Shown: positions 45,762 to 54,838 of the stretch, one piece after another
Position numbering within the stretch: the stretch's first letter is position 1
Layout: every line of letters starts with the position of its first letter
Assembly (NCBI GenBank): GCA_934446465.1
Contig: CAKSEF010000003.1
Span: 544 to 64,543 of the forward strand
DNA from: an uncultured Oscillospiraceae bacterium
Lineage (GTDB): Bacteria > Bacillota > Clostridia > Oscillospirales > JAAYXM01
Direction of reading: 5' to 3'
Length of the DNA stretch: 64,000 nt
Translations under genes and position numbers: made by a program
The notes under the pieces: generated by a model
Database searches by the model: none
What the model was told of the DNA's origin: nothing
The model's input: the letters and a program-made list of their open reading frames with translations, nothing else

Positions 45762-47013
45762 TCAGCAGATGATTTCGCATACCTGCGGAAACGGGCTTAA
45801 AATATGCGTGTTTCCGAAAGCGGGTTTCAAGCGCGCATATGCTATGCTCGCCGTGAATTACGGCTCAATAGATATCTCCTTCACGCATGACGGGGAGTTA
45901 TATACGTCTCCGCTCGGCGTGGCGCATTTTCTTGAACACAAAGTGTTTGAGCAGCCCGACGGGGGGAATGCCCTGCAAACGTTTGCGAAAACCGGAGCAT
46001 CACCGAACGCATTTACGAGCAAAACCATGACAGCATACCATTTTTCGGGCACCGAAAAATTTATGAAAAACCTCGAAATACTGCTCGATTTTGTAATGTC
46101 TCCGTACTTTACAGATGAAAATGTGCGGAAGGAACAGGGAATAATCGGTCAGGAAATAGGAATGGTGAACGACCGTCCGTCGTGGCGTGTGTATGAAAAT
46201 CTTATGTCGGCACTGTATTCGGTACACCCGGCAAAAGATTCCATTATAGGAACGGTCGGGAGCATCGGAAAAATAACACGCGAAATACTGTTTAAGTGTT
46301 ATAACACATTTTATGTGCCATCAAATATGACACTGTGTGTTGCGGGGGATGTTTCTGCCGAAAAGATAATATCCACCGCAGAGAGCATGATGCCTCGTGA
46401 AAGAGTATCGCTCCCGAGCAGGGACTACGGATGCGAACCTTATTCGGTTAGGAAGCGGCACGTGAGCGAGAAGTGTGAAGTTGCCGTTCCAATGTTTGCA
46501 ATAGGCGCAAAGTATGAAACGGTTACAAACGGTGAACAGGGCATGAAAAAGCGCGTAACGGCGGAGCTCGCCGCCGATGTTCTGGGAGGACCTTCATCAC
46601 CGCTTTATTCGAGACTCTACGGAAACGGCATGATAGGTGCCGACTTTGAATCGTCCGCTATGTTCTTCCCGAACAGCATATCTGTCATACTCGCGGGAGA
46701 AGGGCGCGACGCCGAAAAAATATACGGGGAAGTATTGAACGAGGCGGAGCTTCTCGGAAAAGACATTGACGACGGATACTTCAACAGAGTAAAAAAAGCA
46801 TATATCGGCTCAAGGATACGCGCCCTCGATGACGTCGGAACATTGTGCCGTGAGCAGGCTGAGTCCGTGCTCTGCGGATTTGACAGTCTCGATATGATAT
46901 CGGCGGCGGAAGAAACTTCGGCAGACGAGGTACGCAGATTCATAAAAAATATGTTCGAGTGTGAGCGGACGTCTCTCTCGGTAGTTTCGGGAGGTGTCGG
47001 AGAAGGTGACTAA
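45733..47013 (+). CDS. M16 (pitrilysin/insulinase) family zinc peptidase with an intact HxxEH motif
   Basis: GVAHFLEHKVFE (HxxEH) plus downstream Glu residues (GIIGQEIGM). The ATG follows GGAGGGGAG. Overlaps the upstream M16 gene by 29 nt. Confidence 0.85.
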   Translation: MKLNSYHALNQQMISHTCGNGLKICVFPKAGFKRAYAMLAVNYGSIDISFTHDGELYTSPLGVAHFLEHKVFEQPDGGNALQTFAKTGASPNAFTSKTMTAYHFSGTEKFMKNLEILLDFVMSPYFTDENVRKEQGIIGQEIGMVNDRPSWRVYENLMSALYSVHPAKDSIIGTVGSIGKITREILFKCYNTFYVPSNMTLCVAGDVSAEKIISTAESMMPRERVSLPSRDYGCEPYSVRKRHVSEKCEVAVPMFAIGAKYETVTNGEQGMKKRVTAELAADVLGGPSSPLYSRLYGNGMIGADFESSAMFFPNSISVILAGEGRDAEKIYGEVLNEAELLGKDIDDGYFNRVKKAYIGSRIRALDDVGTLCREQAESVLCGFDSLDMISAAEETSADEVRRFIKNMFECERTSLSVVSGGVGEGD

Positions 47014-47818
47014 TTATGTAGCATTTCCGGGACTCGGTTTGGAATTTGAGCTTTCCCGCGTGGCATTTCATATTTTCGGGAAGCCTGTATATTGGTATGC
47101 CATAATAATTGCCGCGGGTTTTCTTCTCGCAGTTTTCTACGCGTTCCGCAGAAGCGGAGAATTTAATCTCACGGAAGATAATATCACGAGTATGCTGATG
47201 GTTGCGGTACCGCTTGCCATAATATGCGCAAGAGCGTATTATGTCATGTTCAATTTTGCTCCGTATCGCGAAAATCCGATAAAGATTTTCTATATTTGGG
47301 AGGGCGGGATCGCGATTTACGGCGGAATTATCGGCGGAGTTGTCGGCGCGCTCATATATTGCAGATGTGCGAAAAAGAAGCTTTCCGATATTTTGGATAT
47401 CGGTGCTCTCGGACTGCTTATAGGACAAGCTGTCGGGCGCTGGGGGAATTTTGTAAACGCGGAAGCTTACGGAAGCGAAACATCAGCTCTGTTGCGCATG
47501 GAAGTATATGATTACGCTGCGGGCGGGAGAATATGCGTACACCCGACATTTCTTTATGAATCGCTCTGGAATGTAATCGGTTTTGTCATACTGCATTTCG
47601 TGTCCAAAAACAGAAAATTTTCAGGAGAAATATTCGCGCTGTATCTTGTTTGGTACGGAATAGGGAGAATGTTCATAGAGGGACTTCGCACGGACAGTCT
47701 TTATTTCTTCGGAACGGGGATAAGAACATCGCAGGCACTCGGCGGAATTTCCGCCGCTGCCGCCGTATGCTATCTTATATACCGCTTCAGAATGCTCAAA
47801 AAGGAAGGAAGTTTATAA
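46994..47818 (+). CDS. lgt: prolipoprotein diacylglyceryl transferase
   Basis: YWYAIIIAAGF, IWEGGIAIYGG, GQAVGRWGNFVNAEAYG, HPTFLYES. GTG start (46994, or 47006). Confidence 0.9.
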   Translation: MSEKVTNYVAFPGLGLEFELSRVAFHIFGKPVYWYAIIIAAGFLLAVFYAFRRSGEFNLTEDNITSMLMVAVPLAIICARAYYVMFNFAPYRENPIKIFYIWEGGIAIYGGIIGGVVGALIYCRCAKKKLSDILDIGALGLLIGQAVGRWGNFVNAEAYGSETSALLRMEVYDYAAGGRICVHPTFLYESLWNVIGFVILHFVSKNRKFSGEIFALYLVWYGIGRMFIEGLRTDSLYFFGTGIRTSQALGGISAAAAVCYLIYRFRMLKKEGSL

Positions 47819-48678
47819 TGGGAGCAGTTATAATAGACGGAAAACTTACGTCAAAAAAACTCCGCGAGGAGGTTTATGCGGGTGTGGCGGAACTGAAAAG
47901 CACAGGCATACAGCCGGGACTTGCCGTTGTTATAGTGGGCGATGACCCCGCAAGCCGTACATATGTAAATAACAAGAAGAAGGCGTGTGCTGAGTGCGGG
48001 ATATACAGCGAAGAATATGCGCTTCCGGAAGAAACAACGGAGGCCGAGCTTCTGGAACTCATAGATGTGCTCAACGGAAGGAAAAATATAAACGGGATTC
48101 TCGTTCAGCTCCCGCTTCCGAAGCATATAGCGGAGGAACATATAATCTGCGCCATACGTCCCGATAAGGACGTAGACGCATTCCACCCGCAGAATGTCGG
48201 AAAAATCATGACGGGAGATTTCGATTTTCTCCCGTGTACGCCTGCGGGTGTCATGGCACTTCTTGAAGAATACGGAATTGACGCCGAGGGGAAGAACACA
48301 GTCGTAATCGGGAGGTCAAATATAGTAGGAAAGCCGATGGCAATGCTGCTCCTCCATAAGAACGCAACCGTAACGATTTGCCATTCGCGGACGAAGAATT
48401 TGTGCGACATAACTAAAAATGCCGATGTAGTAATCGCGGCGGTCGGGAGAGCGGGATTTCTCACAGGGGACATGATAAAGGACGGCGCGGTTGTTATGGA
48501 TGTCGGAATTAACCGCAACGCCGAGGGAAAGCTTTGCGGCGATGCTGACTTTGAAAGCGTGCTGCCCAAGGCATCGTACATTACACCCGTACCGGGCGGA
48601 GTCGGTCCCATGACAATAACCATGCTTATGAAGAATACGCTCAAGGCCGCACGCATACAAAACGACATAAAACAATAA
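47818..48678 (+). CDS. folD: bifunctional methylenetetrahydrofolate dehydrogenase / methenyltetrahydrofolate cyclohydrolase
   Basis: 286 aa from MGAVIIDGK (GLAVVIVGDDPAS, GILVQLPLP, TPAGV, VIGRSNIVGKP, PGGVGPMT). The ATG overlaps the lgt TAA. The longer frame (47650) is rejected. Confidence 0.95.
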   Translation: MGAVIIDGKLTSKKLREEVYAGVAELKSTGIQPGLAVVIVGDDPASRTYVNNKKKACAECGIYSEEYALPEETTEAELLELIDVLNGRKNINGILVQLPLPKHIAEEHIICAIRPDKDVDAFHPQNVGKIMTGDFDFLPCTPAGVMALLEEYGIDAEGKNTVVIGRSNIVGKPMAMLLLHKNATVTICHSRTKNLCDITKNADVVIAAVGRAGFLTGDMIKDGAVVMDVGINRNAEGKLCGDADFESVLPKASYITPVPGGVGPMTITMLMKNTLKAARIQNDIKQ

Positions 48679-48716
48679 AATATTTGCAATATGAAAATAT
48701 TTTAGGTTGACAAACC

Positions 48717-48745
48717 GTTTCTGTGCAAGTATAATATACTTTGTA
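48717..48745 (+). promoter_or_regulatory. putative sigmaA promoter of yceD-rpmF
   Basis: Perfect consensus: TTGACA, 17 nt, TATAAT. Confidence 0.6.
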
Positions 48746-48774
48746 GTGTTACGCCGCAGTTTTGGAGTTTGATT

Positions 48775-49263
48775 ATGCAAATAGATATTAAACAGCTTCG
48801 TAACGGAACCTGTACATCAGTTCCTTTTGACTTCACGCTTGATATTTCGGATATTGAGCAGACGGCAAAGTCCCCCGTGCACGTTGGGGGAGAGGTTCGC
48901 AGCCGTGCCGGAGTCATATTTCTGTCGATGACGGTTGAGGGAACGAGAAATCTCGTGTGCGACAGATGCGCAAAGGAATTTACGAGAGAGACGTCCGTTC
49001 CGTTTGAAACAATAGTTGTTGACCATCTCGATAATGATGACGTGTATGACGATATAATCGTCTGCGAGGGCGATGAGCTTGAGCTTTCGGATCTTGCCGT
49101 GTCCGTCTTCATTCTCGGGTTCGAGAGCAAAAATCTTTGCCGTGATGATTGCAAGGGATTGTGTCCCAAGTGCGGTGCGGATTTGAACGAGCAGGCATGC
49201 AGCTGCAAGGACGAGCAGATTGACCCACGGCTCGAAATTCTTGCAAAACTGCTTGATGATTGA
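48775..49263 (+). CDS. yceD: YceD/DUF177 family protein (large-subunit rRNA accumulation protein)
   Basis: DUF177 pattern with C-terminal Cys motifs (CRDDCKGLCPKCGADLN...CSC) and the conserved position upstream of rpmF. Confidence 0.85.
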   Translation: MQIDIKQLRNGTCTSVPFDFTLDISDIEQTAKSPVHVGGEVRSRAGVIFLSMTVEGTRNLVCDRCAKEFTRETSVPFETIVVDHLDNDDVYDDIIVCEGDELELSDLAVSVFILGFESKNLCRDDCKGLCPKCGADLNEQACSCKDEQIDPRLEILAKLLDD

Positions 49264-49303
49264 TAAATGATTTACTGCGTATATATCGAAGGAGGTGTTA
49301 CCC

Positions 49304-49495
49304 ATGGCGGTACCTAAGAGAAAACATTCAAAATCGAGAAGAGATATGAACCGAAGCGCGCATTGGAAGCTTTCCCTTCCGGGAATCGGTGCTTGCCCGA
49401 AGTGCGGTGCTATGAAGCTTACGCACAGAGCATGCAAGAATTGCGGAACATATAACGGACGCGAGGTTATATCCGTAGCTGATTCGGCAAAGTAA
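49304..49495 (+). CDS. rpmF: 50S ribosomal protein L32
   Basis: [17 protein letters not shown]...CPKCG...CKNCG. GGAGG RBS 8 nt upstream. Confidence 0.95.
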   Translation: MAVPKRKHSKSRRDMNRSAHWKLSLPGIGACPKCGAMKLTHRACKNCGTYNGREVISVADSAK

Positions 49496-49523
49496 TTTTC
49501 CGTAGCTCAATTCGATTAAAGGG

Positions 49524-49557
49524 TAGAGGTGGATATAAAAATCCTCCTCTATTTTTA
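49524..49557 (+). terminator. intrinsic terminator after rpmF
   Basis: TAGAGGTGGA / TCCTCCTCTA stem (one mismatch) followed by TTTTTAT. Confidence 0.7.
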
Positions 49558-49574
49558 TATCAGGGGGTGAAAGT

Positions 49575-50867
49575 ATGGGCGCAAAAATAGAAAGCGTTGA
49601 GACGAAAAGTCCGGCCGCCCGCGCAGGTATCGTTGCGGGGGACGAGCTTATCTCGATAAACGGAAAGCCCGTTAAGGATGTTCTCGACTATAAGTTTTAT
49701 TCATACGACAGACGTCTTGTTATAGAGCTTGCGCGGAAAAAGGTCAAAATTAAAAAAGAAGAGGGGCAGGACCTCGGCATAAATTTTGAAACATATCTGA
49801 TAGATAAGGCCAAAAGATGTGCAAATAACTGTGTGTTCTGTTTCGTAGACCAAATGCCCGAGGGTATGCGCGAAACGCTCTATTTTAAAGATGACGACGC
49901 GAGAATGTCATTTCTGCTCGGAAACTATATATCGCTCACTAACCTCTCTGAGGATGATATTGAGCGCATGGTGCGTATGCACATAAGCCCCGTTAATGTA
50001 TCAGTCCATGTTACAGACCCCGAGATACGCAGAAAAATGGTGCGAAACCGCCGTGCGGGAGAATGTATGGACATAATGCGCCGTTTTGCCGATGCCGGAA
50101 TAGTCATGAACTGTCAGATAGTGGTATGCCCGGGACTCAATGACGGTGAAGTGCTGAAAAATACGATAAAAGACCTGCTCTCCCTCGGCGAAAATGTCGA
50201 AAGTATAGCCGTCGTGCCCGTGGGGATAACAAAATACAGGGATAATCTCTACCCGCTCAGGACCATGACAAAGGAAGAGGCGCGCGAGACGATAGCAATA
50301 GTAGACGATTTCGGCGAAAAATGCTTAAAAGAGCGGGATATGCGCGTGGTGTACGCCGCAGATGAAATGTATATAAAAGCATCGATTCCCATACCGACGG
50401 AGAGCTATTACGACGGATACCCTCAGCTTGGCAACGGGGTGGGACTCATAACACTCCTTGAGGCGGAATTTCTCGATTCGCTCGAATTTGACGGTGTTCC
50501 CGAATCTGCGGAACCGTTTACGGTTGCGACAGGCGTGTCCGCCGCGCCGTTTATACAAAAACTCGTTGACGAATTGGCAAAAAAATGCCATAATATCAAT
50601 AACAGTAAAGTGTATGCCGTAAAAAACGATTTTTTCGGCGAAACGATAAATGTTGCGGGCCTCGTTACAGGGCGGGACCTCATAAATCAGCTTCGCGGGA
50701 AAAAGCTTGAAAAAAGACTCATTATCCCGGATGTTATGCTTAGAAGCGGAGAAACTGTTTTTTTAGATGATGTGAGCATAGAAGATGTCGAGCGTGAGCT
50801 CGGCGTCATGGTCGTCCCTGTTGAGAATGACGGCGGAAAGCTTCTTTCCGCAATGCTCGGAAGATAG
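49575..50867 (+). CDS. PDZ / radical-SAM / DUF512 protein (TIGR03279-like), function unknown
   Basis: N-terminal PDZ-like segment (SPAARAGIVAGDELISINGKPV), a CX3CX2C cluster (CANNCVFC, C82/C86/C89), and a C-terminal region typical of DUF512 proteins. Lies directly upstream of der. Confidence 0.8.
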   Translation: MGAKIESVETKSPAARAGIVAGDELISINGKPVKDVLDYKFYSYDRRLVIELARKKVKIKKEEGQDLGINFETYLIDKAKRCANNCVFCFVDQMPEGMRETLYFKDDDARMSFLLGNYISLTNLSEDDIERMVRMHISPVNVSVHVTDPEIRRKMVRNRRAGECMDIMRRFADAGIVMNCQIVVCPGLNDGEVLKNTIKDLLSLGENVESIAVVPVGITKYRDNLYPLRTMTKEEARETIAIVDDFGEKCLKERDMRVVYAADEMYIKASIPIPTESYYDGYPQLGNGVGLITLLEAEFLDSLEFDGVPESAEPFTVATGVSAAPFIQKLVDELAKKCHNINNSKVYAVKNDFFGETINVAGLVTGRDLINQLRGKKLEKRLIIPDVMLRSGETVFLDDVSIEDVERELGVMVVPVENDGGKLLSAMLGR

Positions 50868-50878
50868 GAGGATATGAC

Positions 50879-52204
50879 ATGGCAAAGCCTGTTGTTGCAA
50901 TAGTCGGACGCCCGAATGTCGGAAAATCGATGCTTTTTAATAAGCTTATCGGGAAACGTCTTTCGATAGTCGAGGATACCCCCGGCGTAACACGCGACAG
51001 ATTATACGCTGACTGTGAGTGGAACGGAAGGACTTTCACACTCGTGGATACGGGCGGAATAGAGCCGAGAACAGACAGCGAAATGCTCAAATTTATGCGA
51101 AATCAGGCAGAAATAGCAATAGAAAATGCGGATGTAATCATATTTATGACCGACCTGAAAACAGGCGTAACATCATCGGATCATGATGTTGCGAGTATGC
51201 TTCTGCGCTCAAATAAACCGATTGTCCTCGCCGTTAATAAGGCAGATTCTATCGGCGCCCCGCCTCCGGAGTTTTATGAATTTTATAACCTCGGAATGGG
51301 TGAGCCTATCGCCGTTTCGGCCGTTCACGGACACGGAACGGGCGACCTCCTCGACAAATGCTCGGAATACCTCAGCGATGTTGAGGATGCTGAGGAGGAA
51401 GGTGAGGGAATCAAGGTCGCGCTTATCGGAAAACCGAATGTAGGAAAGTCCTCGCTTACGAACAAAATACTCGGCGAGGAGCGCGTGATTGTGAGCGATG
51501 TTGCCGGAACAACGCGCGACGCCGTAGATACCGCATTTGAAAACAAATACGGTAAATATGTCTTTATCGATACCGCCGGAATAAGAAAAAAATCAAAGGT
51601 GGACGACGATATTGAGCGTTTCTCTGTGCTTCGCGCCTCGCTTGCCGTGGAACGGAGCGATGTGTGCCTTATAATGATAGATGCGCGCGAAGGAGTTACC
51701 GAACAGGATACAAAGGTTGCGGGAGTCGCACACGATGCGGGCAAAGCGTGCATAATCGTCGTAAATAAATGGGATTTAGTGGAAAAGGACGACAAGACAC
51801 TCAGAAAAGAAGAGGAAAAAATACGCACAGACCTTGCATATATGCCGTATGCACCCGTTATATTCATATCGGCGAAAACAGGGCAGCGCGTGGAAAAACT
51901 GTTTGAAATGATTAACTCCGTGTATGCGGAGAGTACAAAACGCATAACCACGGGAATGCTAAACAACGTGCTTGCGGATGCTGTCGCAAGGGTACAGCCG
52001 CCGACAGACAGGGGCAAGCGCCTTAAGGTATATTATATAACACAGACGGGGACAAAACCGCCGAACTTCGTTATCTTCTGTAATGAAACAGCACTGTTCC
52101 ATTTTTCGTATAAGCGTTATCTTGAGAACAAGATACGCGAAGTGTTCGGATTTGAAGGAACGCCTATCCGTATAGTGATACGCCAGAAAGGGGAAAACGG
52201 CTAA
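50879..52204 (+). CDS. der: ribosome-assembly GTPase Der (EngA), tandem GTPase domains plus a KH-like domain
   Basis: Two G domains (GRPNVGKS...DTGG; GKPNVGKS...DTAG...NKWD). Confidence 0.97.
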   Translation: MAKPVVAIVGRPNVGKSMLFNKLIGKRLSIVEDTPGVTRDRLYADCEWNGRTFTLVDTGGIEPRTDSEMLKFMRNQAEIAIENADVIIFMTDLKTGVTSSDHDVASMLLRSNKPIVLAVNKADSIGAPPPEFYEFYNLGMGEPIAVSAVHGHGTGDLLDKCSEYLSDVEDAEEEGEGIKVALIGKPNVGKSSLTNKILGEERVIVSDVAGTTRDAVDTAFENKYGKYVFIDTAGIRKKSKVDDDIERFSVLRASLAVERSDVCLIMIDAREGVTEQDTKVAGVAHDAGKACIIVVNKWDLVEKDDKTLRKEEEKIRTDLAYMPYAPVIFISAKTGQRVEKLFEMINSVYAESTKRITTGMLNNVLADAVARVQPPTDRGKRLKVYYITQTGTKPPNFVIFCNETALFHFSYKRYLENKIREVFGFEGTPIRIVIRQKGENG

Positions 52205-52205
52205 A

Positions 52206-52835
52206 ATGAGCTTGGCATTAAGAATGGCACTGTCGGTAGTATGTGCCTACCTTCTCGGGAGTCTCAACTTTTCGATTATAATATCAAAGTTTTTTTTGCA
52301 TAAGGATATAAGGGATTACGGAAGCGGAAACGCGGGAAGTACAAATTCAATGCGCGTTATGGGTTTTCAAAAGACACTGATTGTCATATTCGGTGATGTT
52401 CTTAAGGGCGTTGCGGCAGTTAAGCTCGCGGTCGTATTTGCGGGAGGAGATGCAGAGATGCTTGCCGTGTTCGAGGCGGCTGCGGGATTTGCCGTAATTA
52501 TAGGGCATAGCTTTCCGGTGTTTTTTTCTTTCCGAGGCGGAAAGGGAGTTATGACTACGGCCGCCGTAATCGCATGTCTTGATATAACGGTATTCTTCAT
52601 TGCAATCTCACTGTTTATCGTTATAGTGGCAATATCAAAATATGTCTCGCTCGGTTCTCTGATTGCAGAGTGGTCTTTGCCAGTGCTGTTCGGCATTTTT
52701 AGAGGCTTTTCGGGCGACGGTCTTGTTTTTGTTGTTTTCTCCGCGGTTTTGGCGGCGTTTGTAACGTTCCAGCACAGGTCGAACATAAAACGTCTTGCCG
52801 AAGGCAGCGAGAATAAACTGAGCTTTAAGAAATAA
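52206..52835 (+). CDS. plsY: glycerol-3-phosphate acyltransferase (acyl-phosphate dependent)
   Basis: YLLGSLNFSIIISK, GSGNAGSTN, FRGGKGV motifs. Confidence 0.95.
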   Translation: MSLALRMALSVVCAYLLGSLNFSIIISKFFLHKDIRDYGSGNAGSTNSMRVMGFQKTLIVIFGDVLKGVAAVKLAVVFAGGDAEMLAVFEAAAGFAVIIGHSFPVFFSFRGGKGVMTTAAVIACLDITVFFIAISLFIVIVAISKYVSLGSLIAEWSLPVLFGIFRGFSGDGLVFVVFSAVLAAFVTFQHRSNIKRLAEGSENKLSFKK

Positions 52836-52850
52836 GTTGGAGGTGCCGAT

Positions 52851-53855
52851 TTGAAAATCAGTGTTTTAGGCAGCGGCGGATGGGGCACGGCGCTTGCGGT
52901 AATGCTTGCAAAAAATGACCACGATGTAACGCTTTGGTCATTTGCCGATGATGAGTATGCGCGCCTTTCTAACGACCGCGAAAACAGGGCATTTCTCCCC
53001 GGAGTATTGTTTCCCGAGGGACTTTCCTGCACGAATGATATGGCGTGTGTGCAAGACTCGGATATGATAGTAACGGCAGTTCCGTCCTTTGCCGTGCGCG
53101 AGACAGCGCGTAAACTCGCAAAGCTCATACATAGTGAGCAGATAGTCGTAAACGTCTCAAAAGGAATAGAAAAAAATACATCAAAACGCCTGTCCGAGGT
53201 AATTGCGGACGAGCTTGGCGGAAAAGGAAAGATAGTTGTTCTGTCAGGCCCGTCTCATGCGGAAGAAGTGGGGAGGGGTGTCCCTACGTGCGTAATCGCA
53301 ACTTCAAAATCGTTTGATGCCGCACGAACCGTTCAGGATGCGTTTATGAACGAGCGCTTCAGAGTGTATATAACCGATGATATGATAGGCGTAGAACTCG
53401 GCGCCGCGCTGAAAAACGTAATTGCGCTTGCGGCAGGCATGTGCGACGGCCTTGAACTCGGCGATAACTCAAAAGCCGCGCTTATGACGCGCGGACTCGC
53501 GGAAACAGCTCGGCTCGGGTGTGCTCTCGGCGGGAAAGAGGAAACATTTGCAGGTCTTGCGGGACTCGGAGATTTGATTGTTACGTGCGCGTCAATGCAC
53601 TCACGCAACAGACGCGCGGGAATACTGATAGGGCAGGGATATTCGACCGAAAAAGCCCTTGAAAAAGTGGGAAGCGTTGTGGAAGGGTATTATGCAACGC
53701 AATCCGCATCGGAGCTTGCTAAACGCATGAATATCGAAATGCCTATAACCAATGAGGTATACAGAGTTTTGTTTGAGGGTGAGGACCCGGAAAAATCACT
53801 TTTTAAACTTATGATGCGCGACAAAAAAAGTGAGAGCAATACCGCATGGAAATAA
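52851..53855 (+). CDS. gpsA: NAD(P)H-dependent glycerol-3-phosphate dehydrogenase
   Basis: ISVLGSGGWGTALA, GPSHAEEV, ALKNVIALAAG, NRRAG. TTG start after GGAGG. Confidence 0.95.
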   Translation: MKISVLGSGGWGTALAVMLAKNDHDVTLWSFADDEYARLSNDRENRAFLPGVLFPEGLSCTNDMACVQDSDMIVTAVPSFAVRETARKLAKLIHSEQIVVNVSKGIEKNTSKRLSEVIADELGGKGKIVVLSGPSHAEEVGRGVPTCVIATSKSFDAARTVQDAFMNERFRVYITDDMIGVELGAALKNVIALAAGMCDGLELGDNSKAALMTRGLAETARLGCALGGKEETFAGLAGLGDLIVTCASMHSRNRRAGILIGQGYSTEKALEKVGSVVEGYYATQSASELAKRMNIEMPITNEVYRVLFEGEDPEKSLFKLMMRDKKSESNTAWK

Positions 53856-53858
53856 GAG

Positions 53859-53888
53859 GACGACGCGCTTAAGGCGCGTCGTTTTTTA
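53859..53888 (+). terminator. intrinsic terminator after gpsA
   Basis: GACGACGCGC, TTAA, GCGCGTCGT, followed by TTTTTT. Confidence 0.85.
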
Positions 53889-53889
53889 C

Positions 53890-53918
53890 TTGTTTGAATG
53901 ATAAAAAGGTGATATAAT
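53890..53918 (+). promoter_or_regulatory. putative sigmaA promoter of the metF / activation-domain / metH operon
   Basis: TTGTTT, 17 nt, TATAAT. Confidence 0.5.
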
Positions 53919-53953
53919 ATCTCCAATAACCACGAATACGGAGGACGAGCACG

Positions 53954-54838
53954 ATGAAAATAAGCAGTCTTTTAAAAGAAAATAAATTTGCATTGTCGTT
54001 TGAGGTGTTCCCGCCTAAGACACACGATTCATATGACAGCGTAAAACATGCAACGGAGGAAATTGCGAAGCTCTCGCCGTCATTTATGAGCGTAACGTAC
54101 GGAGCAGGCGGAGGAACGAGCAAGTATACGCTTGATATAGCAAAAAATATAAAAGAAAGCTATGGCGTTTCATCCATAGCTCATCTTACCTGCGTGTCGT
54201 CAACCCGCGAAACGGTAACTCAAATGATAGAAAGCTTTAAAAATGCGGGAATAGAGAACATAATGGCACTGCGTGGTGATATTCCGCAGGACAGAATGGG
54301 AGAGGACAGAAGCGGCTGGAGCTATCACCACGCGACCGAGCTTATACATGACATAAAAAGCATTTCGCCGAACTTCTGCATCGGCGGTGCATGTTACCCC
54401 GAGGTTCACCCGGAAAGCAAAAGCCAAAAAGAAGATATACGCTTTCTGAAGGAAAAAGTCGATGCAGGATGCGATTTCCTTACCACGCAGATGTTTTTTG
54501 ACAACAATCTCCTGTACAGCTTCCTGTATAAAATCCGCGAGGCGGGGATAAATGTTCCGATAATTGCGGGAATTATGCCTATAACGAACGCAAACCAGGT
54601 CGAACGCGCGATAAAACTCTCGGGTTCATTCATGCCGCACCGTTTTGTGAGCTTGGTGGACAGATTCGGAAGCAGTCCCGAGGCTATGAAGCAGGCAGGC
54701 ATCGCATACGCTACCGACCAGATAATTGACCTTTACGCAAACGGCATATCAAACGTGCACGTCTATTCGATGAATAAACCGGACGTAGCCGCAAGTATAC
54801 AGAGAAATCTTTCGTGCATACTGGGTAAGAGCTTATGA
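53954..54838 (+). CDS. metF: 5,10-methylenetetrahydrofolate reductase
   Basis: FSFEVFPPKT, SVTYGAGGGT, LTC, ALRGD, TQMFFD motifs. Confidence 0.9.
   Translation: MKISSLLKENKFALSFEVFPPKTHDSYDSVKHATEEIAKLSPSFMSVTYGAGGGTSKYTLDIAKNIKESYGVSSIAHLTCVSSTRETVTQMIESFKNAGIENIMALRGDIPQDRMGEDRSGWSYHHATELIHDIKSISPNFCIGGACYPEVHPESKSQKEDIRFLKEKVDAGCDFLTTQMFFDNNLLYSFLYKIREAGINVPIIAGIMPITNANQVERAIKLSGSFMPHRFVSLVDRFGSSPEAMKQAGIAYATDQIIDLYANGISNVHVYSMNKPDVAASIQRNLSCILGKSL

Noticed and set aside
47650-47817. N-terminal extensions of folD (from 47650) and of the Toprim gene (from 38338).
   Set aside because: Both extensions overlap the preceding, well-supported genes (lgt and holA) out of frame and are Arg-rich junk. 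In both cases an internal ATG overlapping the upstream stop codon gives the canonical N-terminus.
48679-48712. An AT-only inverted repeat (AAAATATT ... AATATTTT) after folD, considered as a terminator.
   Set aside because: The stem is 8 bp of pure A/T, so its predicted stability is low. It may contribute to termination but cannot be supported as a feature.
53856-53953. I looked for a SAM (S-box) or cobalamin riboswitch upstream of metF and metH.
   Set aside because: The 98-nt gap is fully accounted for by the gpsA terminator, a promoter and an RBS. The 23-nt gap before metH is too short for a riboswitch.
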